From: Eledone cirrhosa
Taxonomy: Eukaryota
NCBI GenBank assembly: GCA_964016885.1
Contig: OZ024742.1
Span: forward strand, 97,278,001 to 97,342,000
DNA length: 64,000 nucleotides
Reading direction: 5' to 3'
Below the pieces are notes generated by a model. The model worked only from the letters and a program-made list of their open reading frames with translations, made no database searches and was not told the origin of the DNA. Both the position numbers and the translations under genes were made by a program. Below are positions 11,819-25,280 of this stretch, piece by piece (the stretch's first letter is position 1; each line of letters starts with the position of its first letter).

Positions 11819-12599
11819 CGCTGGACAACAATATTGATGAATTATATTCCATACTTGATATATATAAACGTTCTGGGGTCGATACGATGGACCTATTTCC
11901 TTCAAGACTGAAACCTATATGACTTTTAGATAACCGATGTTCTTGTTCAGTATTATATATATAGTAAATTCTAAAATATATTTTAAGTGAAATATCTACT
12001 TTTATTTGTTGATATTAAAAGCATCACTTAAGCATTATAATTCAGTATTAGACTAATAATAATTCACTACGGATTGCGTACATCTTGAAAGTTATTGATC
12101 TCTATATTTTTATCATATCCACTTTCTTTATTTCAAGGAAAACACAATTTTCGACTAAATATCTACAGGAGATTAAGTTTTCTTTGCAACAAATCTAAAA
12201 TATATATTAAAAATAAATGCTTTTGGAACTCATAATTAAATCGTTGCAAAACGGTTTTATTTTAATTAATGCAATTTCATTTCTAATTAAATACGTTCAA
12301 CATAAGTGTGTTTTGAAAATGAAATCATTTTTAAGTACACATTCTGGTTCCGTTATTTAAGACATGTTGTTTTTCAATTGTTTCTGACAATTTGCCTTAG
12401 AGTATTATGCTATATAATCAAAAGCACCATAGTGTTAAAAGGGTTATGGATGAACTTTTCAAATTATTTGTTATAATATTTGAAACAATTGGAGAAGAAG
12501 TTAAGAAAATCCAAGTGGAGAAGAAACTTTTTTTTTTTTTTTGTAAATCAGGAAAGCTAAGTTAATGAATGGGTAGTTAAAAAATGAAGCTAAACATTA

Positions 12600-14275
12600 T
12601 TTCTTCTTCTTCTTCTCCGACGCCGCCGCCACCCACTTATTGCTGGGTGGATCGTAAGAGCAGAATCCTCTGACACTCATTCCAGCGGGTCCTGTCAGAA
12701 ACAACCGTCTCCAACTGATCCGGCTACTAGATCCCCAAGTGAAAGCAACCAGCTAGTTTTGCCCGTAAAATCTGTCCAGCAATTCTTTCTTGAGGCATTG
12801 TAACCACATGCCCAAAGTATCAGATTTTCCGATCTCCAAGTTACGCACTCTATCGAGTAACGTTACTCCAAAGACCCTTCAGAGAAACCCCATTGCGGCC
12901 GCTTGTATTGGCGACTTTATTCTTTCGAACATTACCGAAGATTCATCATTATAGTTAAGGGCGGTGAATTGGCAGTATCGGTAAAGGGTTGGACGCCATG
13001 CTTTCTAGCATAGTTACGTCCCTTTACAGTCTGAGTTCAAATCCCGCCGAGGTTAACTTTGCCTTTCATCCTTACGGGGTCGATAAAATAAAGTACCAGT
13101 AATGTACTGGGTTATTGCTGGCCTTGTGCCTAGAGTAGAAACAATTATAGTTAAGGGTTGGCACGAATACCGATTTGAAGATAGTGAGTCTGGATTTTAC
13201 ACCTACCTTCCTTCTTCTGATTAACCAATGTTGAAGCTGGCAGATTACTGCAGCAGCTCCAGTAATTCATTTACTTAATTCAGCCTCCTGACTTCTGTCA
13301 CTCGTGTACAGGTACCCGAGATATCCAAACTTATCCACCTGCTTCAGTTGAACTCCACTCACATATAGAGTGCACGGCACAGGCTTCCTTGGGAAGACTA
13401 GTGTCTCTGTTTTTGCAGCACTGATTTTCATTCTAGGCGTGCAGCACTCGGGATCAAACCTATCAAGTGCATGTTGTAGATAACCTTCCGACGAGTATTT
13501 AATACCATGTCATCCACAAATTCCAACCGACTTTTCCTACACCCACCAGTGTGATACCACTTCCAACACATTTGCGTATGTCAATCATGTTCATGAATAT
13601 TATGAACAGGAGAGGGGAGAGTACGCACCCTTTGCGGAGACAGACTTCCACACTGCATGGTTTCGATTTAGCAAAATTTATCCAAACCCAAATACTCGGA
13701 CCTTCATATAGAGACAGCAGAGCAATAACAAGCTGTCCATCGATCCCATACAACCTTCCACAGCAGGTACCACGTAACCCACTTGTATGCCTTTTCGAGG
13801 TCTACGAAGCATAATACCCCTCTTAGCAGTACTCCCACGATTTTTCAAAGAACCTTCCGCAGTGTGAATTTTCAGTCAGCTGTGCTGTGTAAGTGGCTAC
13901 AGCCACACTATTCGTCAGTTAGCCTGGTCTCTACACGTCTTTGCAAGACACTTAGCATAGTCTTTACCGGGAAGGCTTAATAAGGAAATTCCTCTATAAT
14001 TGGAGCAATCTCTCATGTTTTCCCGTTTTGAAAATTGGGATTATCACTCCCGTCTGCCATTGCTTAGGTGCCTTTCAAGAGACATAGGCCACTCGGCACA
14101 CACGTATCATCCAGAGAATACCTTCTCTATTTAAGGCCTTTTAGCATTCCGGGATGAATTTTCTCCTCCCCGTTGGCCTTGCCACATCTGAGGTCTTTAA
14201 ATGCTCTTGTGACCTCATCCTCCGAGAGATTAATCACTGCTCCCTGACGCAACTCGTGTACATCAAAGGAGGTTG
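12600..14275 (-). mobile_element. 5'-truncated, degenerate RTE-clade LINE (family 1, (GAA)n tail)
   Basis: Minus translation includes [13 protein letters not shown] and LKQVDKFGYLG; (TTC)n at 12601 is the tail. Confidence 0.8.
12961..13147 (+). mobile_element. Full-length SINE family A inserted in the RTE fragment
   Basis: A/B boxes and core intact; TSD ATTATAGTTAAGGG at 12948-12961 and 13144-13157. Confidence 0.92.
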
Positions 14276-15406
14276 TTCTCCGAAGACAGGAGAATCCCAG
14301 AAGCGTTCCTGATAGCAGGTGTGGAGAAGGACTCTTATTAGAAATCGGAAGATGGTCTCCCAGGCTTTTAAAAAATATTTTCAGTTCATAGCAAGAACGA
14401 AATTTTCCTGTTATCTAAACGTGTTTCATTTTCATTTTTTTATTTTTTTTAGTACATATGCTTTTAAATGAAATTTATTTTTCATATATGCATGAAGTTG
14501 TTTGTTTTTATGAAAATTAAAAATGTCCTTTCAGTCTCAATTTACTATGGAAATTTGGGCAAACTATATGTGAGTGATCCCTTCACAACATTTTATTAAT
14601 GTATGTATTAAAGCGATTTTGCAAAGATACATTTTCTGTGATGTAAATCTTAACTATAAAAAAGAAAGGAGTGCGGGATTGCGTCCAGAATATATTTTTT
14701 TACTCCATTTGTAAAATTTGGATTACTTTGAATAAATAATGAATGAATATTACATAATTTATGTGCTAAATTTCGTGGCTGTTGATTAAATATATTTTAT
14801 AGCTTATTTAAAGATCTTTAAAATTCACTTCTTTAAAATTTTCAAATGCCAACACTTCCAGTTAGCGGCCGTTATATTATAACACATAAAAATATCGCAT
14901 ATATTTCCGTCGCTAATTTTCTCCTAATACAGTTTATATCGTCTTTTTTTAAATGTATCATGGATTACGTTACTGATTACATAAGACAGTGTAACACAGT
15001 ATTCGTTCAATTTCTGTGTATATTGTCAATTACGATTTTATTTGACGTATCATATCTACATGTATATATATTTGTGTATAATATCAATATACACACTACA
15101 CATGCTAGTTACAATAATGTTGATGAAGTTAAAATAAAATTTAAATGCTTTCATTTGATAACTACCTTCGATTCGTGTTTGTAATAGACTAACATTAAAC
15201 TCGGAAATTAGCCCATCACACCTTCCAGTATCATGGTAACGATGAATAATATATATTATAATGTCATAGATTTTCTATAGGAATGCAATATCATATTTAT
15301 ACTTATGAATTGCGATAAGAGAAAGATTGTTCTTTGATTACATCGATATAATAGTAATATGCACATTCGATGTTATTAAAACATATGCATTATTATTAAG
15401 AAAAAG

Positions 15407-15595
15407 GGCGGTGGATGGGCAGTATCGTTAGAGGGTCGGACGCCATGCTTTCCAGCATAGTTACGTCCCTTTACGATCTGAGTTCAAATCCCGCCGAGGT
15501 TGACTTTGCCTTTCATCCTTACGGGGTCGATAAAATAAAGTACCAGTAATGCACTGAGTAATTGCTGGCCTTGTGTCTAAAGTAGAAACAATTAT
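15407..15595 (+). mobile_element. Full-length SINE family A
   Basis: Near-identical to the 12961 copy; flanked by an ATTATTATTAAGAAAA direct repeat (TSD). Confidence 0.92.
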
Positions 15596-16189
15596 TATTA
15601 AGAAAATTATGAAGAAACAAAGTCGAGTGTGAGGAGGCTAAACGTGTTATATCAAACTTTGGTGGCATACCTTACAACCATCCACCAGATTCTCCCCCAC
15701 CTACCTAACTCTATCAATAATGCATTGTTAATGAGATTTTGCCGAGATATATTTTCGGACGTGTGGATAACGATTTTGCCTGTAAATGTTTTGAAAAAGA
15801 AAGTTTATTATGTTTTAAGACATAGTCTTGTACAAAATGTATGACATTATCAAGCTGAAATTGGGAGACATGAGGAAAACATTTCCTAGTTTATGTTTCA
15901 CCCGCTACTAATACAGATCAAACATAAAAAATGTCATTAATGAAAGCTTCACTACAGTTGGACACAGTATGGCAGAATGCTCAAGAAACATATCGCTGAA
16001 TGAGTCAATACAATTTATAAAATGAATAAGACCTTATAGATATACAGAGTACTAAAAAGAAAAAAGAAGTGAGTTTCATTTTTAATTATGTCGCGTTTCT
16101 CACACTATATCATACTGAAACTATATGTAAATGCTTCAAAATAGATTATTATAGAAAGCTGATTTCATTTCTCAACATCATTATTGAAA

Positions 16190-16368
16190 CTGGCAGTATC
16201 GGTAGAGGGTCGGACGCCATGCTTTCCAGCATAGTTACGTCCCTTTTCGATCTGAGTTCAAATCCCGCTGAGGTTGACTTTGCCTTTCATCCTTGCGGGG
16301 TCGATAAAATAAAGTACCAGTAATGTACTGGGTAATTGCTGGCCTTGTGCCAAAGGTAGAAACAATTA
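16190..16368 (+). mobile_element. SINE family A, slightly 5'-truncated
   Basis: Core intact; TSD ATTATTGAAAC on both sides. Confidence 0.9.
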
Positions 16369-16458
16369 TTGAAACATTACGATACTACTTATGGCCTTAA
16401 ATTATTAAAATTTTAATTCCATTTGATTCACATTTGTTTAAATTACATTACAAATGCA

Positions 16459-17415
16459 TCTCCTTATAATATATAACCAGCAATTTCTATGTCTGTCTGT
16501 CCGACAGTGGAAACACGTGCGTAGAGAGAGAGTGAGAGTGAAAGAAAGAGACAGACTACGAGAGGGGGATAGCGGGAGGGAGAGAGGGAGAGAGAGAGAG
16601 TGAATAGACGCTAAAACACGTGCTACAGAAATATTACCTTCCCCTTCCTTTATAGAAACATTAGCTTCCCCTCTCCACTGACTTTGGTCACTGAGGCCGA
16701 GGGAATCGCTGGTTGCTATAGAGACACCTTGCACAAGCCAGAAGTAACCAGTTCGAGGCGGTTCTGACTTGACACCATGCGAAGAAGGTTGCCATTGAAT
16801 TTGTGGTTTGAAGAAGGTTGCCATTGAATTTGTGGTTGTTGCTGCTGATAATAAGGACCATTTGAAGAAGGTTGCTGCTGATGAGGTAATTTATTAATCA
16901 GATTGCGCAGTTCCATAACCTACGTTTGATTTGTTCAATTTTTTTCTTCAACTTTTGTTGTTGTTTTTTTTTTATATCTTATTGAAAAAATATAAATAAT
17001 AAAATAAGGTTAGAAATTTAAATACAATTAAATACGATTTAATTTCCATTTCCAGCAGCCAATGTCCAGTGTTCAATTTCATGAAAAAATTGGAAATAAT
17101 TAAAAAAATTGAAGTTTAACTTTTGAACATTTGTTTTGACAATAAAAAAATATTTCCTTATTCACACATAATGGTATGATTAAAATTTCATAGGAATATT
17201 TTTTTCTAACCGCCAGTTATTTATTTTCTCCTTTTTCGTTTTAACATATATTTATTTCAAAGATTTCACCGTATATATTTATACATGCATAAAAGACACA
17301 CCGAGAGGCGGTGAACATATGGTGCCGAAAACATTTCTCATCCAAATCTCAACAATATCAGTATATACACTAGATTTGCGAGCAGAAAACCGCCCACCGG
17401 GTGGTTTTCTGCTAG
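16459..17415 (+). mobile_element. Non-autonomous Helitron module
   Basis: A^TC start (TCTCCTTATAATATATAA...CTGTCTGTC); ends in hairpin AGCAGAAAACCGCCC-ACC-GGGTGGTTTTCTGCT plus CTAG (17412-17415); shares subterminal motifs with 17820-18120. Confidence 0.7.
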
Positions 17416-20400
17416 TCTATATATATATAAAACAGAGGATGTGTGTTTGTCTGTGTGTGTGTGGATGCTACATTATTCGAGGTTGGCGTCTACACCGCTC
17501 GCCCGATCTCGCTCAAATTTGCATACATCACTCCTCATGACCCTTTACATTGCTTAGGCTACTTTGTTTTTTGATAGGTCCCCCGAGGGGCCTGCAATCC
17601 ACCTTTTTGTCTATTTTGGGTGAAATCGGGAGATGAGGTTGCATTTTATGCACGCGTGAAAAATTTTTCCTTTTGAGTTTTTTGACACGGCTTTTTGCTA
17701 ATATGGGTAGAAAAGAGTCTAAATGTTGTTGACGTGCTCGAATCATTTCGAAATTCGGTCGAGAGTGAAGCTCGAGGTCGAATCTCCACTTCGTATATAG
17801 AGAGACAGGAATAACAGGTCTTATAGTAACATTACCTTCCCCTTCCCCCTTCTTTAGAGAGAGAGATAGGAAGATAGAGAGAGAAGTTTTGGGTGTCACA
17901 GAAATATTACATTCCCCTCTCCACTTTGGTCAGTGAGCGAACCACTGTTGCTATAGTAACATTACCTTCTCCCTCCCCCTTCTTTATTGAGCGAGGAATA
18001 TAGAGAGAGACGTTGCTGGTGTTACAGTAACATTGCCTTCCCCTCTCCACTTACTTTGGTCTTTGAGACCGAGGGAACCACTGTTGCTCTAGTTACAGCT
18101 TCACGTGACACAAACCAGTTCCTGCCAGTTTTGACCACCTGGCACCAGTTGAGTCAGTTTTTGCTTTCTTTCGGTCGAGAAGTGGACAAATTTTCGCCTT
18201 GAATCAAAAAAAAATTTCATGGACGGCTGGAGGTGGCAGCTTTTATTCTCTTTTGGCAAGACTGCTATCAAAAAATTCTGCAGACTCTTATCGTTGATTT
18301 GAGTGGCCTGCAAAGCTTTGGTTTTCAAACGCTACACTTGCTACTTGGTTAGGCTACTGTGTAGACGTGTGCTTCACTCTCACTGCATTACATTTTGTGA
18401 CCTCGCTTTCGGACTTTGCCATTCCCAGTACGTTTTTTGTTTACTTTTTTCTTGCTTAAAATTGTCACAATTTGTCACTTTTTTTTACCTTCCCCAAAAT
18501 ACTGCTTATCACCTTTGCTTTTTTGCCTTTGCTCTAAACCTGCTTCCCCTTTACTGTTTACTGTACTATTGCAACCATGCCACTGAAAAGAAGGAGTACC
18601 CTTAGCCGTAGGAAAACATCGTCTGTTGTTTCAAAAAAGAGGCGATTGAATGAGCAGTCTACGGATGCCGAACTGCATTTTTGGCCACAAACCCCTGTTA
18701 CTTCGCTTTCAAACTTAAGTACCCCTAGCACAGCCCAACCCAGTGCCTCTCTATCTACGGTTACCGCTTCGAATCGTGCCATTCGTAATTGTCGGAATGC
18801 AGTTGCAACAGCCGCCTCTAGGGCAGCAGAGAGTGACAGCCAAATAGCTCTTCGTAGGGCTAGGAATGTTGCAACTACTGCTGCTGCAAGGGCCTCCGAA
18901 ACTAAACAGCAAACAGCCACCAGACGGTCAAAGAACGCTGCTTCAACCGCCGCCTCCCGTGCCGCAGAAACCGACCAGGAGACAGCCATCCGAAGGTCCA
19001 AGGACTCCGCCTCCAAGGCAGCTGCCAGAGCACCCCAGACTGAGATACAGACAGCCATCCGAAGGTCCAAGGACTCCGCCTCCACCGCAGCTGCCAGAGC
19101 ATCCCAGACCGAGATACAGACAGCCATCCGAAGGTCCCAGAACGCTGTATCCACCGCCGCCTCCCGAACATCAAATAGCCCGCCGTGCTCGGTTGGACAC
19201 AAACAACGCACGAAGAGACACCGCCAGTGGAACAACGAGTCCACATGAGTCATTTTGGCTTATGAAGGCTTTCAACTACGATCCAACAGTAAAATACTAC
19301 GACCGTACGGACATTCAACTAGGCAGGATGGATGTCATATTCCAATTCTGTGGTGCAGAGAAGTGGCCCGGAGAACCACCTGGCCTGTGCTGCTCTAATG
19401 GAAAGGTTTCACTTCCTCCTTTGGCGGCCACTCCAGAACCTTTGCGAGAACTTCTTAGCGGAGAGACCTCTACGTCAACAGACTTCCTTGGCAACATAAG
19501 GAAATACAACTGCGCATTCCAGATGACTTCGTTCGGGGCCAAAATTGTCCAAGAAAGCGGGTGGATGCCAACCTTTAAGGTTCAGGGCCAGGTTTACCAC
19601 TATGTCGGTCCTCTACAGCCTGCGCCGTCAGCGCAACCCGCCTTCCTGCAAATTTACTTCATTGCTGACTACAACAAGCAGGCTGACATGCGCTCATCTG
19701 TCATCCCAACTGATGGCACTAGAGAGAACCTGGACAGAGACGTCCTCCTTGCGCTGCAGCAAATGCTACACTCCGAAAACAGCTACGTGCAGAGCTTCAA
19801 GTTCGCCTTGGAGACTACTGACCTGCCTAACTTCAACATCGATGCCGACAAAAGACCATCCGGAGAACACGCCCGTCGATTCAACGCGCCCGCGTGCAAC
19901 GAGGTGGCAGTCGTCCTTCACGGAGACCTGCACAACCCCCCGGGATATCGTCATATCCAACCGTGCAACTGGCCTCCACAGAATACGCGAAACACACCGA
20001 TCCTACGACAGCCTCCAATACCTTCTACTTTTCCCCCGCGGCGAGGACGGCTACCACTTCAAGACTCCACACTGCCAGCCAAACCAGCCCTCCGTTGCTA
20101 CCGCCAAAACCGTGTCCTGCAAGGAATTTTACGCATACCGACTCATGCCTCGGAGAAACTGTTTCAACAGTTTGCACAGATCGCAGGACCTACTGAACCA
20201 ATGTGCGGTGGATATAGCAGCAAAGATGGAGTCAGAACGACTGGCCTTCATTCGAACCCACCAGCAGCAACTGCGTAGCGAAAGCTACATACACCTGCGA
20301 GACGGCTTGGCCAACGACGGGGATCCTCGAAACGTTGGCAAGGTCTGCATCCTGCCTTCTACCTTCACTGGAGGACCTCGGTACATGCACGAGAGAACTC

Positions 20401-23400
20401 AGGACGCCATGAGCTACGTGCGGGCCTACGGCCGTCCTGACCTCTTCATCACCTTCACGTGCAACCCGAAGGCGGATGAGATCACCCGAGAACTCCTTCC
20501 AGGGCAGTCATACCACCACCTCCTTGACTTCATAGCGAGGGCTTTCGAGAGGAACATACAGAAAATGAAGGCATGTTGTGCAAAAGCCAACATCTTCGGC
20601 CCTGCTAGATGCCATACGTACACCGTAGAATGGCAGAAACGGGGCCTGCCTCACATTCATCTGTTACTGTGGCTGCAGAACAAGATCAACGCCAACGACA
20701 TCGACTTATTTATCTGCGCAGAGATCCCCAACCCTGCCACCGACAAAGAACTCTTCGACGTCGTCACGACTTCCATGATACACGGACCCTGTTATCCGGG
20801 TTCTAACCATTCGTGTCAGAAAGACGGGATCTGTAGTAAGAGGTAACCTAGGAAATTTGTTTCAGAGATCCAGACAGGGCACAACGGCTATCTCCTGTAC
20901 AGGCGCCAGTCGCCTGAAGACGGTGGTTTTACTGCCATTGTAAGGGGCAAGCAAGTCGACAATCGATAGGTGGTCCCCTATTGTCCACTTCTCACTTCGA
21001 CATTCCAAGTCCACATTAATGTGGAATTCTATAGCTCAGTTAAATCGATTAAATATGTTTGCAAGTACGTCAACAAGGGCTGCGATTCCGCCGCATTCGC
21101 CCTCCAGTCCGACAGGGTCGAGGTCAGTGAGTACCTATCGGCCCGGTACATAAGTACAAACGAAGCGTTTTGGCGAATTTTTGGTTTTTCTATCCATGAA
21201 AGATACCCCAAAATCACAAACCTGGCAGTCCACTTAGAGAACGGCCAGTGAGTTTACTTTACGGCCGCAAATGCTGCTCAAGTTGCGGCTAACCCCAAAG
21301 AAACCACGTTAACCGCTTTTTTTAAGCTCTGTCACGTAGACGCTTTTGCGAGAACTCTAATTTACCCTCAGGTGCCGTCCTACTTTACTTGGCGCCGCAA
21401 TAGCTGGGTACGGCGAAAAACTGGTAAGGCAGTTGAATCGCATCCGGGAGTTAAATTTTCTGACTGCCTCGGTAGAGTCTACACGGTTCCCCCAACCCAA
21501 CCTGAGTGCTTTCACCTGCGCATTCTTCTGCACGAGGTCAAGGAGCCGCAAGGTTTCTTTGACTTAAAAACAGTAAACGGGGAACTTTGCAACACTTTTC
21601 GAGAAGCCTGCTTTAGGCTTGGTCTCTTGGAAGATGACTCCCAATGGGACTCGACCCTCGCCGATGGTGCTCTGCTGAAATCCCCACAGAAATTAAGGGA
21701 ACTGTTTGCCTTTTTGCTGCACAATTGTGGCTTAGCTAACCCTTCAGCCCTTTGGCTGAAGTACAGGGACGATTTGTGTGAGGACTTCCTCCGCACAGCC
21801 AAACGGCAAAATCCGTCTTTAGAAGTGGGATTCACCGAAATTATTTACAACCAAGGGCTAATTTCCATCCAAGAAGAGCTCCTTCAACTAGGGGGGAATG
21901 ACTTGCCAGCCGCCAGCAGGGAAAATGTTAGTGTGCTGGGTCCAGATATTCTGTTGGAGACATCTTACGATGTCGCCATGTTGACAACTTTCCTAGATGA
22001 AAATGAACGTAAGCTTCTTCCCGAGCAAAGGGTTGCTTATGAGACTGTCGTTGACTGCACTGGGTGGATTAGGTTGTGTCTTCTTTCTTGATGCCTCTGG
22101 CGGTACAGGCAAAACCTTCGTTACCTCCCTCATTTTGGCGCGTCTTCGACAACAAAAAAAGATTGCCCTTGCGGTCGCCTCATCGGGGAACGCCGCTACC
22201 TTGCTGCCTGGAGGGAAGACGTCTCATGCTGCCTTTAAGCTTCCGTTGGACCTCGCACGAACTGATACGCCGACGTGCAACATTAGCAAGCACTCCGACA
22301 AAGCGGCACTTCTCGCAAAATGTTGCCTCATTGCGTGGGACGAATGCACCATGGCACATAAGGGTGCTCTGGAAGCATTAGATAGGAGTTTAAAATATAT
22401 CAGGAACTCCTCGGCACCCTTGGGTGGCGTGACTTTACTGCTTTCGGGTGAATTCAGGCAAACGCTGCCTGTTATCCCCAAAGGGACAAGGGCTGATGAA
22501 GTCCGCGCATGCCTGAAGTCGTCGACGCTTTGGCCTATCGTTCGGACACTCCGCCTGAGCGTTAACATGCGGGCGCAGTTGCTCGGGGACAGCACGTCTG
22601 CTGAATTCGGCCAGGCCATCCTAGCTATAGAGGAAGGCCGACTTCCTTCCAACGAAAAGGGTGAGGTGTCGCTAGCATCTGTCAGTAATACAGTTGACAG
22701 TCCTCAGGCCCTTTTAGAAGCTGTTTTTCCAAACCTACAGGTTAACTACACTAACTTAGATTGGCTTAGTTCAAAAGCCATCCTAGCCCCCAAAAACTCT
22801 GCTGTTAATGCTCTCAACAAAGAGCTACTCGGTAAGATTCCAGCCCAAGAGAAAATGTTTAAGTCTATAGACCGCGTCACCGATCCACAGGAGGCGACGG
22901 ATTACCCAGTAGAGTTTTTGAATAGCCTTGACCCCCCAGGTCTCCCACCCCACATCCTGAAGCTCAAGGTCGGCAGTCCGATTATTCTTATGCGTAACAT
23001 GCGCCCCCCAAAACAGTGCAACGGCACTCGAATGGTAGTCAAATCAATGACGAACCATCTCATTGAAGCAACCATTTTAACTGGTTGTGGTAAAGGTGAG
23101 ACCGTCATGATCCCAAGGCTAAGCATCCAACATTCGACCACGGACATCCCGATAGATTTTAGGCGACATCAGTTTCCCGTAAGGCCCTGCTTCGCGATCA
23201 CCATAAACAAATCTCAGGGTCAAACTTTGTCCGTGGCGGGCATTCATCTAAAAGAGCCCTGCTTTGCTCATGGCCAACTTTATGTTGCCTGCTCGCGAGT
23301 TGGGAGTAAGGACTCCCTTTTTTCATACACACCAAACGGTATGACCCGCAACATAGTCTACAAAGAGGTCCTGTAACGTGCATTACCACTGAGATGATTT

Positions 23401-24104
23401 AACACAAAAAGAGTTTATATATATACAAACACATACGCACACTCACATACAGATATATATATATCATTATCTATAAAAGCGAGTGTGTGTGCATGTTCCT
23501 TTTCTATACGATTAAAAAAAACACCTCCTTCAATGGAAAATTACTTATCAATATTCGAAATAGCTTCAATTAGGTCATGCAGAATTTATATATTTAAAAT
23601 TGATCCCCAATTACGCAAAAAAAATCGATAAAACTCAATAATTCACGATATACCTCTCTCATAAATCTGTTATCGAAACTGAAGATTACGACCCTAAATG
23701 GTGGACAGTTCGAAATACTGCTGCTGCTGTGCTTCTGGCTGTTGCTCATCTCATTCTATCAGGCTCTTCCAACAACTTTACAGTACTTTATCATCCGTTA
23801 AAAAAAAACTGTTTTGGGCTGTTTTTTGTTTTCGACAGAAAAGTTATTACGATTTCTGTTTGCTATTCTTAATATATATATTTTTTTTGTGTTCCCTTTT
23901 TGTGATTTTTGTTGGTTTCTTGGTTGAGAAAAGAAGATGGTAAAACCGGGTTGAAGAGATTTTCATTTCTAAATTCTATTATCATTACAACTTTGACATA
24001 TTTTATGTAAAGTGAATATGAGAAAAAAAAATTCTTCATATTTATTGTTTCCTAATCTGAATAAAAACAGCAGTAACCCGGGCAACGCCGGGTCATTCAG
24101 CTAG
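17416..24104 (+). mobile_element. Autonomous-type Helitron (inactivated)
   Basis: 5' TCTATATATATAAAA; 3' hairpin ACCCGG-GCAACG-CCGGGT (24076-24093) then CTAG (24101-24104) followed by T; encodes RepHel. Confidence 0.92.
18577..23376 (+). pseudogene. Helitron RepHel (HUH Y2 Rep + PIF1-family SF1B helicase), disrupted
   Basis: CGAEKWPGE..CCSNGK zinc region; Rep motifs PDLFITFTCNP, VEWQKRGLPHIH, KYVCKYVNKG; helicase GGTGKT, WDE, KSQGQT, HGQLYVACSRV. Stops near 20846, 20970 and 21251; frameshifts near 19170, 19937 and 22065. Confidence 0.95.
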
Positions 24105-24685
24105 TAAATAACATAAATTGCTCGCAATTCTTTCAGAACGTCGTTGATAAACACAAATATAAACGCATAAATGAGAGGAAAGAAAAAAAGGGCGGGGAGC
24201 AAAACCAAAGAGCAAAATGACCTTCAATTCACCACCAAGTGCGACAATCGCCCGTGTATCATAAGGATCAGTGGAACACTTTGAGGCAAGCCAGCACACT
24301 CGCAACACTACAACGGGTGATGGCGAGAGTAAGGCGCTGAAACAACCAGGCATCACCTGATGACAAGGACTTCGCTGTCAGCGGCCCAACTCCACCAAAC
24401 GTCTCGAACGCCACAGACTGTAAAAAATAAATATTAGATAAATCCAGGTATTTCCGAATCTTATTCCGTTCGGCAACGGAAGCAGTGACCCCCCCCCCCC
24501 CTCCATATTTACCGCAGCGTCCATGATGCAAAAGAATCACTGACTGTGGCATCCCAAATGAGATACCTACTTCTTAACCAGGGACAAAGGGTAACACCGT
24601 CTGGTCTCTTCTCGTCACTCTTGGATAATCCAGCCGGCTCTAGAACTGGGGGAATATTTACCCGAGCCAGGGCGTGTTTCTAATA
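24105..24685 (-). mobile_element. 3' fragment of a CRE-clade non-LTR retrotransposon (restriction-like endonuclease + 3' UTR)
   Basis: Minus translation KHALARVNIPPVLEPAGLSKSDEKRPDGVTLCPW...LIWDATVSDSFA / AERNKIRKY...VAFETFG...LFQRLTLAI shows the RPD..WD..K..KY RLE signature. Confidence 0.8.
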
Positions 24686-25077
24686 TGCTCAGGGTTTTAT
24701 TAAGAAGGTAATTTACACAAATAAATAGACAATAGCAATTCTAATCAAATTATATAATGTATATTATTTACAAAAAAGAACAAATCAATTGTTTAAAAAA
24801 TAGTGAGAAAGGGGAAAAAGAAAGAACGAGAGAAGCTTTAAATACTCGATTACACGCTGTAAATAGTGGTTGTTCCTTCAAAGATGTTTTGGTATTACTT
24901 AAAGTAAAACCATTTGTAAAATGTATTTAATTAAAAACTAAGCCGTACGAATGAATATACTATTTATTTATCAATAAGAAATTACTTATTTTTAAAACAA
25001 AAACAACTCAAATTAAACAAAAAATACAATTCAGTATTTGAAAGGTTTTAGATTAGAATTTTGATTGTAAATATGTC

Positions 25078-25280
25078 CATCGGCTGATTGTCGCACTTGG
25101 TGATAAATTGATGGTCGATTTTGTTTTCGTTTCCTTTTTTTTCTTTTCTTTCGCTCTGATCGTATATTTTGGTGCGTTATATTTGTGAGGTTCATATCAA
25201 TAATTAATTATATTTATTATATGTGGTTATATTTTCATTCAGAAAGAATTGTGAACAATATGCAATATACAGCTAAATAA
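25078..25280 (+). mobile_element. Second copy of the CRE-like 3' UTR, opposite orientation
   Basis: GATTGTCGCACTTGGTG..AATTGA.GGTC..TTATATTTGTG..GAAAGAATTG matches the reverse complement of 24120-24254. Confidence 0.7.

Noticed and set aside
12961-13050. tRNA gene suggested by A/B boxes
   Set aside because: SINE head: no cloverleaf, followed by SINE core, tail and TSD
18558-19253. 231-aa antisense ORF
   Set aside because: Shadow of the 69-bp repeat region of RepHel
23679-23725. CTGAAGA...GAAA spacing suggestive of a hammerhead
   Set aside because: No convincing stems I-III
24150-25190. Apparent TIR element with ~100-bp inverted ends
   Set aside because: Better explained as two opposed CRE 3' UTRs; a third copy occurs alone near 32900 and no TSD was found
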